Source of the DNA: an uncultured Lachnospiraceae bacterium
GTDB lineage: Bacteria > Bacillota > Clostridia > Lachnospirales > Lachnospiraceae
DNA length: 64,000 nt
Reading direction: 5' to 3'
NCBI GenBank assembly: GCA_947574135.1
Contig: CANPIM010000001.1
Coordinates: 57,447-121,446 of the forward strand
The notes under the pieces are model-generated. The model worked only from the letters and a program-made list of their open reading frames with translations. It was not told the origin of the DNA and searched no databases. The translations under genes and the position numbers were made by a program. Numbering within the stretch: position 1 is the first letter of the stretch; every line of letters begins with the position of its first letter. This document shows positions 50,845 through 60,557 of the stretch, piece by piece.

Positions 50845-52128
50845 TCAAAGAAATGCATGGGGCAAAAACAGAATCACATCCGGGGCAAAAATAATTATTA
50901 GGATCACAAAGGCAAATACCCCGTAGAAAAGCGCCATTCGCCTTATGACCTTTGTGGAGGGAACGCCTGCAATCTGAGAGCTGAGCAGCAGCGTCAGGCC
51001 ATAGGGCGGGGTCACAAACCCCACACAAAGCGTCACTATCACCAAAATGGCAATGTGCAGGGAATCCAGCCCTGCCGCCGCCGAAAGCTCCTGTATAATA
51101 GGAAGAAATACAATAATGGCCGGGACTGCATCCATAAAGCAGCCCAATATCAGGAACAGGACAGCCAGAAAAAACATGGTCCCGTAATAGCTGCCTGCAA
51201 TAGGCCCGGCCAGCTTAAGGACCAGCTTGGGAATCTGCAGGTATGTCATCATATAGCTGAAAGCGCCGGCGCCGGCTGCACAGAACATGGGATGGGCCAT
51301 TCCCACCAGGCTTTTGCGAAGTATGGCAAAGACATCCGAAAGCTTTACGGTCCGGTACACAAGGGCGGTAAGCAAAAAGCAATAGATTGCGGCGATCATG
51401 CCGCTCTCTGTGGCTGTAAAGGTTCCCCCCAGCACTCCCGCAATGATAATGGCCGGAACCAGCAGGGCCAGGATGGCCCGTCGAAAGGCTGCCCATATCT
51501 CTTTGATGGTGGCTCTCTTTTCCCGCAAATGAATGGAGGGATATTTCTTCGACCACATATAAACCGCGGTCATCATGGTTAGGGCAATGAGAACCCCCGG
51601 AATAAAGCCGGCCATAAACATGGCTGCCACGCTGACGCCTCCATATGCGCCATAGACAATCATTAGCATGCTGGGCGGAATAATGGGCCCCATGGTGGAG
51701 GCAGAGGCATTGATAGCCGCTGCCATCTCCGGAGGATATCCCTCCTTTTCCATGGCCGGTATAAGCATACCCCCAATGGCCGCCGCATCTGCGTTTGCAG
51801 AACCGGAAATCCCTGCCATAATAAGATTGGCAAAAATATTTACCTGTCCCAGACCGCCCCGGATATGTCCCACCAGCACATTGGCAAAGCCCACCAGCCT
51901 GTCTGTGATTTCTCCGTATTCCATGATGTTACCCACCAGCATAAACAGCGGAATGGCCAGCAGGGTAAAGCTGTCCAGCATGGAATACATTTGCTGGATA
52001 AGGGCCAGGGGCGTAATGCCTGCCAGCAGGGCCGTGAGAAGGGAGGAGACTCCCAGACTCACGGCAATGGGGCATCCCAGCAGGCAGGTGACAAAAAAGC
52101 TGATAAACAGCACAGCAATGAGATTCAT
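50845..52128 (-). CDS. dctM: TRAP transporter large permease
   Basis: LLAIPLFML.G, SGSANADAAA, IIPPS and TPPYG. Confidence 0.95.
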   Translation of the reverse strand: MNLIAVLFISFFVTCLLGCPIAVSLGVSSLLTALLAGITPLALIQQMYSMLDSFTLLAIPLFMLVGNIMEYGEITDRLVGFANVLVGHIRGGLGQVNIFANLIMAGISGSANADAAAIGGMLIPAMEKEGYPPEMAAAINASASTMGPIIPPSMLMIVYGAYGGVSVAAMFMAGFIPGVLIALTMMTAVYMWSKKYPSIHLREKRATIKEIWAAFRRAILALLVPAIIIAGVLGGTFTATESGMIAAIYCFLLTALVYRTVKLSDVFAILRKSLVGMAHPMFCAAGAGAFSYMMTYLQIPKLVLKLAGPIAGSYYGTMFFLAVLFLILGCFMDAVPAIIVFLPIIQELSAAAGLDSLHIAILVIVTLCVGFVTPPYGLTLLLSSQIAGVPSTKVIRRMALFYGVFAFVILIIIFAPDVILFLPHAFL

Positions 52129-52667
52129 GCTCCCCCTCCTTTCCGCAGCTTGTCCTGTACTGCTTTCCGATCCGTTCCTGCAAGCACCAGGATTGCCTGC
52201 TCCAGCAGGAAATACAGCATGGCAATCCCGCCGATGGGGATGCAGATGGTGGAAAATATCAGGCGGATTCCCGATGGCTGAGAAAAACGGCTCATGGTAA
52301 TCCGTGCATATTGAAAGCCATAAATAACCAGGATCAGCACAAAGGCAGTGGTAACAGCCCAGGTAAACACATCCGCGGCTTTGGCCGCCCTGCCCCTTAG
52401 CAATCCCCTTACCACATCAATCATATAGTGGCTGTGATGCCGGATGCCCACGCCTGTCCCCAGAAATACCGCCCATATATAGGCAAATCTGCTGATTTCA
52501 TCGGCGGAAGCCACCGCAGTAAAAAACTGACGGGATGCCACGTTGACAAAGATTGCTCCCACAAAGATGATAATAGAAATGCTTCCGGCAAACAGCTCCA
52601 GCGCTTCCAGTCTGTCTCCTATGGAAACCATATAAAAAGCCAGTTTCAATTTTCCAGATTTTTCCAT
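52125..52667 (-). CDS. dctQ: TRAP transporter small permease
   Basis: Four TM segments, EISRF..IW..FLG and H..ID. Start is 52667 or 52679. Confidence 0.9.
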   Translation of the reverse strand: MEKSGKLKLAFYMVSIGDRLEALELFAGSISIIIFVGAIFVNVASRQFFTAVASADEISRFAYIWAVFLGTGVGIRHHSHYMIDVVRGLLRGRAAKAADVFTWAVTTAFVLILVIYGFQYARITMSRFSQPSGIRLIFSTICIPIGGIAMLYFLLEQAILVLAGTDRKAVQDKLRKGGGA

Positions 52668-52690
52668 ATAATCACCCATCTCTCCTGTTT

Positions 52691-53785
52691 TTACTCCTGA
52701 AGCTCCCGAATTCTTTCAAGAATCTCCTCACACCCCAAATCTGCGGCAATTTTATCATGGAGAGGAACCACCAGCTCCCGAAAAGCCTGGACATCCACCT
52801 CTGTAAAGGTGACTCCCTCTTTCTCCAGCATCTCCCGGTATCCTGCATCTACCTCCAGCTGATGAGAGAGGGAATAGGGCGCAGTCTCCCTGGCCGCCTC
52901 ATAAATGGCCGCCACATACTCCTCTGGCAGGTTTTCCGTACACTTGTGGGAAATATATAACTCTGTGGCCAGCCACTGGTGCTCTGTCAGGGCCACATAG
53001 GGCGCCTGCTCATAGTGCATGGAGGCTGCATAGGAGGACATGGTATTTTCCGCTCCGTCCACCATTCCGGTCTGGAGCGCCGTATAAACCTCGCTGAAGG
53101 CCACAATGGTAGGGGCCGCTCCCAGAGCCGTCCAGATCATTTCATCTACAGAGGAGGGCATAATGCGAATCTTCATCCCCTTCAAATCCTCCAGAGAGGC
53201 TACCTGCTCCTTGGTGTAGAGATACCTAGCCCCGTTGCCCATAATGGTCATCAGGTGGAAACCCAATCCCTTTTCCTCCACAATGTCCCCATATAGGTTA
53301 AAAAAGGCCTCATCCTCCACCATACGCGCCATATGCTCTGCGTCATGAAACAGGTAACAGGTTCCCAAAAAGCTTAGCTCCGGAATGTATGCCGCCGTAT
53401 TGGCCCCATTGGCCATGAGCATGTCCAGGGTTCCCATGGACATGCTCTCCATCATAGTAGCCTCATCTCCCAGCTGGGAATTGGGATAAATCTCCACCAC
53501 CACGGCGCCCCCTGTCTTTTCCTTCACCAAATCTGCAAAATGTACCAGGGTATCGTTAAAGGGGTGATCAGCTGCCTGAGAATGGCCTGCCTTTAATGTA
53601 TAGGTGGCCTCTGTGGGTTCCTCCTCCCCTGGCTCCCCTGTGACTTCCTCTTTCCCGCTCTCTTCCACAGCGGGCGCTTCTGTCTGCTCTTCCTCCTTCT
53701 CATATGTATGAGAATTGCAGCCGGTCATTCCCATAGCCATGACTGTTACCAGTAAAAACGCAACCCATTTTTTCACGCTCTTCAT
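52691..53785 (-). CDS. dctP: TRAP substrate-binding lipoprotein
   Basis: Lipobox MTGC, YPNSQLG, DLKGMKIR, EVYTALQTGMVDGAEN. Confidence 0.95.
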   Translation of the reverse strand: MKSVKKWVAFLLVTVMAMGMTGCNSHTYEKEEEQTEAPAVEESGKEEVTGEPGEEEPTEATYTLKAGHSQAADHPFNDTLVHFADLVKEKTGGAVVVEIYPNSQLGDEATMMESMSMGTLDMLMANGANTAAYIPELSFLGTCYLFHDAEHMARMVEDEAFFNLYGDIVEEKGLGFHLMTIMGNGARYLYTKEQVASLEDLKGMKIRIMPSSVDEMIWTALGAAPTIVAFSEVYTALQTGMVDGAENTMSSYAASMHYEQAPYVALTEHQWLATELYISHKCTENLPEEYVAAIYEAARETAPYSLSHQLEVDAGYREMLEKEGVTFTEVDVQAFRELVVPLHDKIAADLGCEEILERIRELQE

Positions 53786-53846
53786 ATTCTCTTCTCCTCT
53801 CTTAATAGCTCTTCGTATCTATCTTGTAGTCTGCCCATATTGCCTC

Positions 53847-54962
53847 TTAATACAACAGCTGTAGCATCTTCTCATTATCCGCATATTTCAGCCGGAACAG
53901 GGCCTCCATAAAGTAATAATCTCCATACATGGCTGATTCCCCGATCCCCGAGCCCCGGGGATAATCCACAGTCACCTGCCGGATAATTCCATAGCGGTCC
54001 AGCTCCTGATACAGGCAGAGCTCCGTCTCCGCCTCCAAAAGTTCCTTTCCCCGCCTTATCCATCGCTCCCTCTGACCGGATTCCCCCCGTTGCCCCAGCA
54101 AATCTGCCATAAGCAGCATTCCGCTTGCAGCAATGGAGGCCGCGGAGGCATCCACAGGCATTTCCTCACAGTCCCGGAAGATCACGTCCCAGGCCGGAAG
54201 CTTATCTTTGTTCAGGTGTTCATAAAAATATTCCGCCAGCTTTAGGGCTGTCTCCAAATACTCCTTTTTCTCCGTATACCGATACAGATTGGCAAAGCCA
54301 TACAGCGCCCAGGCCTGGCCCCTGGTCCAGCAGCTCTCCGCAGAATACCCCTGATGGGTATCTCCGTAAATTCGAAAATTCTCATCCCACTTCACCACGT
54401 GATAGGAGGAACCGTCCGGCCGAAGGGCATATTGCATAATGCTCCTTGCCACCCTTTGGCAGATTTCCTTTTGTCCTGTCTCTCCCTTTAGCTCATCGCT
54501 GATCCAAAGAATGGGCAGATTCATAATGGTGTCCACAATGGAGATTCCCCGATAGCCTTCCTCCCTCCAGGCCTGAATCAGCTCCACCTGATCCACATAT
54601 AAATCCATCATATTTCTCGCCCCCGCATGGATCAGCGGCAGAAAGTCCGCCTGGGGACATATCCGATATCCCATAACACTGCTGGGACCAAAAATAAATC
54701 CCTGATCATGCGTTGTATTGTCTGTCATCCGACAACGCAGCCTCATGGTCCGCTCCCTGGCTGCCTCTCCCATCCTGGCATCCCCGGATTCCAGATAAGA
54801 AAGCCACAAAAGCCCAATCCAAAAGCCACCGGTCCAATGACCGTTTTGATTCACCAGCCATTCTCCGTTTCGGGTAATATGGGGAAAGCCCTCCAAGTGC
54901 TCCCACATATATTCCACCTTTTGCAGCCCCCTCTTATATGCAGCTGTAAACTTTTCTTCCAA
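53847..54962 (-). CDS. GH88 unsaturated glucuronyl hydrolase
   Basis: WTGGFW, HDQGF, IVDTIMN, TRGQAWALYG, DASAASIAA and YGDYYFMEAL. TTG start after AGGAGG. Confidence 0.9.
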   Translation of the reverse strand: MEEKFTAAYKRGLQKVEYMWEHLEGFPHITRNGEWLVNQNGHWTGGFWIGLLWLSYLESGDARMGEAARERTMRLRCRMTDNTTHDQGFIFGPSSVMGYRICPQADFLPLIHAGARNMMDLYVDQVELIQAWREEGYRGISIVDTIMNLPILWISDELKGETGQKEICQRVARSIMQYALRPDGSSYHVVKWDENFRIYGDTHQGYSAESCWTRGQAWALYGFANLYRYTEKKEYLETALKLAEYFYEHLNKDKLPAWDVIFRDCEEMPVDASAASIAASGMLLMADLLGQRGESGQRERWIRRGKELLEAETELCLYQELDRYGIIRQVTVDYPRGSGIGESAMYGDYYFMEALFRLKYADNEKMLQLLY

Positions 54963-55054
54963 TCAATTCCCTCCTTCTCTTTTCGTATCTGCCTTTTCAA
55001 GCTCTCTTGTCTGCCGGACAGAGATACGAATCTCCAAATATCCCGGCCTACCAT

Positions 55055-55146
55055 TTGACAAGGCGTTTTCATGCATCTTATAATATCCTCGAGGAGATAC
55101 TTTCATTATATCGAAGGGCTGTTTTCACGATGTGCTTATAAGCACA
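55055..55146 (+). promoter_or_regulatory. sigma70 promoter plus a Crp-type palindrome
   Basis: TTGACA-18 bp-TATAAT at 55055-55084; perfect palindrome TGTGCTTATAAGCACA at 55131-55146. Confidence 0.7.
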
Positions 55147-55162
55147 GAATTGGAGAAAATAT

Positions 55163-55870
55163 ATGAATATGCAAGAAATTGTAAAAGAAATTTGTAATTG
55201 CAGACTATTCCAAGATATGTCAGATGAAGAAATCCTCCTCTTTATTCAGCAAAATCCATGTAAAATCATTACCTACCGCAATGGGGACTGTGTGATTGCC
55301 AAGGATGAGGATCCCACCGGTATCGGCATTATTTTAGAGGGAAGTGTGGGAATCTATACAGACAGCTTCTACGGAGATCACACGCTCATTGGCATCGGGG
55401 ACAGCGATTATCTCTTTGGATTTATCGCCACCTTTTACAACCAATCCAATTCCATCACCACCCTCTACTGCCGAAAGCATTGTAGAATTGCCTACTTTCA
55501 GATTCTCCCCACTGATAATGCCATTTCCTTTATCGCCCGTACCTCTCCCAAACTACTTTCCAATATTTTCCAAATGCTCACCAAGCATATTCGGGATGAT
55601 TTTGACCGTATGCACATTATCAGTACCACCTCTGTCCGGACAAAAATTGTGCGCTATATTCTCTATCGTCATTCCTGCACCCAGGCCCTGTCCTTTGACT
55701 TGTTATACAGCCGTACAGAGCTGGCCTCCTTTCTGGGCATCTACCGCACCTCCCTGTCCCATGAGCTCTTAAACATGAAAAAACAAGGCCTGATTCAGTA
55801 TACCCGAAACACCTTGTTTATCACGGACCTAAACGCCCTCATTGCTATTGAATGTCAAAGCTACGAATAA
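55163..55870 (+). CDS. Crp/Fnr family regulator
   Basis: cNMP-like barrel (IILEGSV) and C-terminal HTH (SRTELASFLGIYRTSLS). Confidence 0.9.
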   Translation: MNMQEIVKEICNCRLFQDMSDEEILLFIQQNPCKIITYRNGDCVIAKDEDPTGIGIILEGSVGIYTDSFYGDHTLIGIGDSDYLFGFIATFYNQSNSITTLYCRKHCRIAYFQILPTDNAISFIARTSPKLLSNIFQMLTKHIRDDFDRMHIISTTSVRTKIVRYILYRHSCTQALSFDLLYSRTELASFLGIYRTSLSHELLNMKKQGLIQYTRNTLFITDLNALIAIECQSYE

Positions 55871-55878
55871 ATTCCCTC

Positions 55879-56181
55879 CTAAAGCACCAGCCACCACAGG
55901 CCAAAGATCTCTCCCAGCTGCCACAGGCTCCCCAGCAGCAGAGCCAGCACCCAATAGCCGGGATGCCAGCTGCGGCCCAGCCAAAAAAACCAGGTCTCCC
56001 ACGTCTCCCGGCTGATCTCTTGCAGTCCGCCTCCCCCCTGGGCTCTTCCCCAGATCCAGGGTCCGGCGCCCTCCTGCTGCAATACCTGAAAAAGCAAAGC
56101 GCCGGCAATAAGCAGCAGTAAAAAGGCGCCGGCCACTTTCCACCATTGCAGATAATTTCTCGAATTGTCTCTTTTCCTCAT
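55879..56181 (-). CDS. Small hypothetical membrane protein
   Basis: 100 aa, Trp-rich with hydrophobic segments, occupying the gap between flanking genes. Confidence 0.5.
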   Translation of the reverse strand: MRKRDNSRNYLQWWKVAGAFLLLLIAGALLFQVLQQEGAGPWIWGRAQGGGGLQEISRETWETWFFWLGRSWHPGYWVLALLLGSLWQLGEIFGLWWLVL

Positions 56182-56336
56182 GTCATCCCCACTGTATCCG
56201 AAAAACTATTTTAATTATGCTATCATCTCATTTTAGCTTATTTAATTACTTTTTTCAACATTTTTTATAATAATAAAATAATTAAATTAGTCTTATAGGA
56301 AATACTATTCCGATACAATTAGGTAGAGGTGATTTT

Positions 56337-56669
56337 ATGGACGTTATGGATGACAATTATATCCGAAAGCGCATTACACAGCTGCGCCTTGACAAAAATA
56401 TTTCCGAATACAAGCTGAGCTATGATCTGGGACAGAGTAAGGGATACATTCAAAGCATTTCCTCTGGCCGTGCACTGCCCTCCCTCTCCATGCTGTTTAA
56501 AATTTGTGAATACTTTGAAATCAGCATCTCGGAATTTTTCACGCCCCAGATTGAACATCCCGGTCTGCTGCACCAGATTACCCGGGAATTGGAGCTGCTT
56601 TCCGAGGCAGATCTCCAGCTGCTCCTGGGACTGGTCCTTCGGCTTAGAAGGGAGGCTTCCTCCCTTTAG
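56337..56669 (+). CDS. XRE-family HTH regulator
   Basis: RITQLR...ISEYKLSYDLG.SKGYIQSI.SGR..PS. Confidence 0.9.
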   Translation: MDVMDDNYIRKRITQLRLDKNISEYKLSYDLGQSKGYIQSISSGRALPSLSMLFKICEYFEISISEFFTPQIEHPGLLHQITRELELLSEADLQLLLGLVLRLRREASSL

Positions 56670-56700
56670 GAGAAAGGAGAAGAACGTATACAAAATTATA

Positions 56701-56741
56701 AAAAAAGCTATGCAGGGGCTTTCCCATTGCATAGCTTTTTT
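56701..56741. terminator. Bidirectional terminator
   Basis: AAAAAAGCTATGCA...TGCATAGCTTTTTT. Confidence 0.85.
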
Positions 56742-56787
56742 CAAAAAAATATAGAAACTATAATCCACGCTCTATAACAAACAGCCC

Positions 56788-56812
56788 TCCAGGCATGATT
56801 CCCATGCCTGGA
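56788..56812 (-). terminator. Hairpin downstream of PFOR
   Basis: TCCAGGCATG-N5-CATGCCTGGA. Confidence 0.65.
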
Positions 56813-56830
56813 TGACCATTTGCAATCTTT

Positions 56831-59800
56831 TTAACCCTCTGCCTTATACAGATCGCCCAGCTTCTTCAGATACTCATATCTGGCCTTTGCGCTGGCCTCT
56901 GCCTTGTCAAACAGCATAGCCGCACGGTCCGGATTTGCTCTCTTCAGAGAATTGTAGCGAACCTCGCCGTCCAGGAACTCCTTGTAATCTCCTGTGGGCT
57001 CCTTGCTGTCCAGAGTAAAGGCATCCTTGCCCTCAGCGGCTGCAGCCGGATTGAACCGGAAGCAATGCCAGTAACCAGCCTTTACAGCCAGCTCTTCCTC
57101 GGTCTGTGCCTTGCTCATGCCCTTCTTAATACCATGGTTGATACAGGGAGCGTAAGCGATAATCAGGGAGGGTCCCGGATAAGCCTCGGCCTCTGCAATG
57201 GCCTTTACGCACTGATTGAAGTCTGCGCCCATGGCAATCTGTGCCACGTATACATAGCCATAGCTCATGGCGATGGAAGCCAGATCTTTCTTCTTCACTT
57301 CCTTGCCGCCGGCTGCAAACTGTGCGATAGCACCGGTAGGAGTAGCCTTGGAGGACTGTCCGCCGGTATTGGAGTAAACCTCTGTGTCGAATACCATCAC
57401 GTTTACATCCTGTCCGCTGGCCAGCACATGGTCCACACCGCCAAAGCCGATATCATAGGCCCAGCCGTCGCCGCCGAAGATCCACTGGGACTTCTTAGCC
57501 AGGAAATCCTTATCCTTGAGAATCTCTTTGCCCTCGTCGCAGCCGCATGCCTCCAAAGCTGCAACCAGCTTATCGGTAGCAGCACCGTTGGTTGCCCCTA
57601 CATTGTAGGTATCCAGCCACTCCTGAGCTGCCGCCTTCACATCATCGCCGGCCTTGGCCATGAGAGCCTCTACCTTTGCCTTCAAACCGCCTCTGACAGC
57701 ACGCTGGGCCAGGCTCATACCATAGCCAAACTCTGCCGCATCCTCAAACAGGGAGTTGGACCATGCAGGACCCTGTCCCTTCTGATTTACCGTATACGGC
57801 GTAGACGGTGAGGAGTTGCCCCAGATGGAGGAACAGCCGGTAGCGTTGGCAATATACATTCTGTCTCCAAAGAGCTGGGTAATAAGCTTAGCATACGGAG
57901 TCTCGCCGCAGCCTGCGCAGGCGCCGGAGAACTCTAAGAGAGGAGTCTTGAACTGGCTTCCCTTTACGGTCGCCTCCTTGAATTTTGCGATCACGTCTGC
58001 CTTCTCCGGCAGGGTTACTGCATAGTCAAAGTATTTCTGAGACTCTACGTTTGCTTCCATATTTTCCATAGCCAGTGCCTTGGCGCCCTTCTTGCCCGGG
58101 CAAACATTTGCACAGGAGCCGCAGCCCGTACAATCCAGAGCAGAAATAGCCATGGAGAACTTGTAGTCTGCCATACCGGTCATGGGAACCATCTTCATTC
58201 CCTCAGGAGCTGCAGCCGCCTCGTCAGCGCTCAGAGCTACCGGACGGATAACGGCATGGGGACAAACGTATGCACAGCGGTTACACTGGATACAATTATC
58301 CGGATTCCATACAGGGATATCCACAGCAATGCCCCGCTTCTCATAGGCAGAGGAGCCGCTGGGAGTGGTGCCGTCCACATAATCCTTGAAAGCGGATACG
58401 GGCAGGGTATTTCCCTCCTGAGCATTTACCTTGGACTGTACATTGTTTACAAAGTCAACCACATCGGCTCTTTGACCGGCTGCAGTGGTAACGGCCAGAC
58501 CCTCGTCAGCTGCATTCTTCCAGCTTTCGGGAACCTGAATCTCCACTACCTGCTTGGCGCCTGCGTCAATGGCGTCGTAGTTCATCTGTACGATGGCATC
58601 TCCCTTGCGGCCATAGGTCGCCTTGGCAGCCGCCTTCATCAGATCGATGGCCTGCTCCTCGGGAATGATATTGGCAAGCTTGAAGAATGCAGACTGCAGC
58701 ACAGTGTTGATACGGCCGCCCAGTCCGATCTCCTTACCAATCTTAATACCGTCGATGACATAGAATTTAATGTTGTGATTTGCAATAAAGCTCTTTACCT
58801 GTCCCGGCAGATGATGCTCGATGCCCTCCATATCCCAGGGGCAGTTCAGCAGGAAGGTACCGCCGTCCACCAGCTCCTGTACCATGTTGTACTTGCGCAC
58901 ATAGGAAGGATTGTGGCAGGCCACAAAGTTTGCCTTGTGAATGAGATAGGTGGACTTGATGGGGCTCTTGCCGAAGCGCAGGTGAGACATGGTCACACCG
59001 CCGGACTTCTTGGAGTCATAATCAAAGTAAGCCTGTGCATACATATCGGTGTTGTCGCCGATGATCTTGATGGAGTTCTTGTTTGCGCCTACGGTACCGT
59101 CGGCTCCCAGACCCCAGAACTTGCAGTTGATGGTTCCCTCGGGAGTGGTTACCAGGGGAGCGCCGGTTTCCAGAGAAAGTCCGGTCACATCATCCACAAT
59201 GCCGATGGTAAATTTGGCCTTGGACGCATTGTCATATACGGAAACGATCTGAGCCGGGGTGGTATCCTTGGATCCCAGGCCGTAGCGTCCGCTGAATACA
59301 GGCGTATCGTTGAACTTGGTTCCCTTGAGAGCTGCCACCACATCCAGGTACAGGGGCTCGCCCAGAGCGCCCGGCTCCTTGGTTCTGTCTAATACGGTGA
59401 TCTTCTTTACGCTCTCCGGAATGGCGTCTACCAGAGCCTTGGCGCTGAAGGGACGGTACAGGCGAACCTTTACCACACCAACCTTGCGTCCGGCAGCTAC
59501 CAGATAGTCAATGGTCTCCTCAATGGTGTCGCACACAGAGCCCATAGCCACAATGACCTGCTCTGCATCCGCAGCGCCGTAGTAGTTAAACAGCTTGTAA
59601 TCGGTACCGATCTTGGCATTTACCTTATCCATGTATTCCTGCACAATGGCCGGCAGTGCATCATAGTAGGGATTGCAAGCCTCTCTGGCCTGGAAGAAGA
59701 TATCCGGATTCTGTGCGGATCCTCTCTGGCAGGGATGGTTGGGATTCAGTGCATTCTTGCGGAAAGCATCGATGGCATCCAAATCTACCATTTCCTTCAG

Positions 59801-60370
59801 ATCCTCATAATCCCAGGTCTCGATCTTCTGAATCTCATGGGAGGTACGGAAGCCGTCAAAGAAGTTGATAAAGGGAATCTTTCCCTTGATAGCTGCGCAG
59901 TGTGCAACGGGAGTTAAGTCCATAACCTCCTGTACGCTGGACTCACACAGCATGGCAGCGCCGGTCTGGCGGCATGCATATACATCAGAGTGATCGCCAA
60001 AAATGGATAATGCATGGCTTGCAAGGGCACGGGCGGATACGTTGAACACGCCGGGAAGCTGCTCGCCAGCCACCTTGTACAGGTTGGGGATCATCAGCAG
60101 TAAGCCCTGGGAAGCCGTAAAGGTGGTGGTCAGCGCGCCTGCTGCCAGAGAACCGTGTACCGCACCGGCTGCACCGGCCTCGGACTGCATCTCCGTTACC
60201 TGCACGGTCTGTCCGAAGATATTGGTTCTTCCCTGGGTTGCCCACTCATCCGTAGCCTCTGCCATGACAGATGATGGTGTGATTGGATAGATAGCCGCAA
60301 CATCCGAGTATGCATAGGATACATGTGCTGCTGCATGATTACCATCCATGGTCTTCATTTTTCTCGCCAT
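56831..60370 (-). CDS. nifJ: Pyruvate:ferredoxin (flavodoxin) oxidoreductase
   Basis: YPITPSS, MQSEAGAAG, two CxxCxxCxxxCP ferredoxin motifs, GACAGCGET and GGDGWAYDIG. Confidence 0.98.
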   Translation of the reverse strand: MARKMKTMDGNHAAAHVSYAYSDVAAIYPITPSSVMAEATDEWATQGRTNIFGQTVQVTEMQSEAGAAGAVHGSLAAGALTTTFTASQGLLLMIPNLYKVAGEQLPGVFNVSARALASHALSIFGDHSDVYACRQTGAAMLCESSVQEVMDLTPVAHCAAIKGKIPFINFFDGFRTSHEIQKIETWDYEDLKEMVDLDAIDAFRKNALNPNHPCQRGSAQNPDIFFQAREACNPYYDALPAIVQEYMDKVNAKIGTDYKLFNYYGAADAEQVIVAMGSVCDTIEETIDYLVAAGRKVGVVKVRLYRPFSAKALVDAIPESVKKITVLDRTKEPGALGEPLYLDVVAALKGTKFNDTPVFSGRYGLGSKDTTPAQIVSVYDNASKAKFTIGIVDDVTGLSLETGAPLVTTPEGTINCKFWGLGADGTVGANKNSIKIIGDNTDMYAQAYFDYDSKKSGGVTMSHLRFGKSPIKSTYLIHKANFVACHNPSYVRKYNMVQELVDGGTFLLNCPWDMEGIEHHLPGQVKSFIANHNIKFYVIDGIKIGKEIGLGGRINTVLQSAFFKLANIIPEEQAIDLMKAAAKATYGRKGDAIVQMNYDAIDAGAKQVVEIQVPESWKNAADEGLAVTTAAGQRADVVDFVNNVQSKVNAQEGNTLPVSAFKDYVDGTTPSGSSAYEKRGIAVDIPVWNPDNCIQCNRCAYVCPHAVIRPVALSADEAAAAPEGMKMVPMTGMADYKFSMAISALDCTGCGSCANVCPGKKGAKALAMENMEANVESQKYFDYAVTLPEKADVIAKFKEATVKGSQFKTPLLEFSGACAGCGETPYAKLITQLFGDRMYIANATGCSSIWGNSSPSTPYTVNQKGQGPAWSNSLFEDAAEFGYGMSLAQRAVRGGLKAKVEALMAKAGDDVKAAAQEWLDTYNVGATNGAATDKLVAALEACGCDEGKEILKDKDFLAKKSQWIFGGDGWAYDIGFGGVDHVLASGQDVNVMVFDTEVYSNTGGQSSKATPTGAIAQFAAGGKEVKKKDLASIAMSYGYVYVAQIAMGADFNQCVKAIAEAEAYPGPSLIIAYAPCINHGIKKGMSKAQTEEELAVKAGYWHCFRFNPAAAAEGKDAFTLDSKEPTGDYKEFLDGEVRYNSLKRANPDRAAMLFDKAEASAKARYEYLKKLGDLYKAEG

Positions 60371-60557
60371 TTTGTCTTTTCCTCCTTATTGTTTAGCCTC
60401 ATAAGGGCAATTACTAACACGGAAAAGCCTTTTATTTCAAGGCCTGCACAGGATTCCCCCGTGATATTCCATACAGATTTATTGTAACATATTACCGAAA
60501 AGTTGTCCATTCCAATGTTAGAATTTGGATGTACTTTTTAGGAAACACTCTTCCCGC

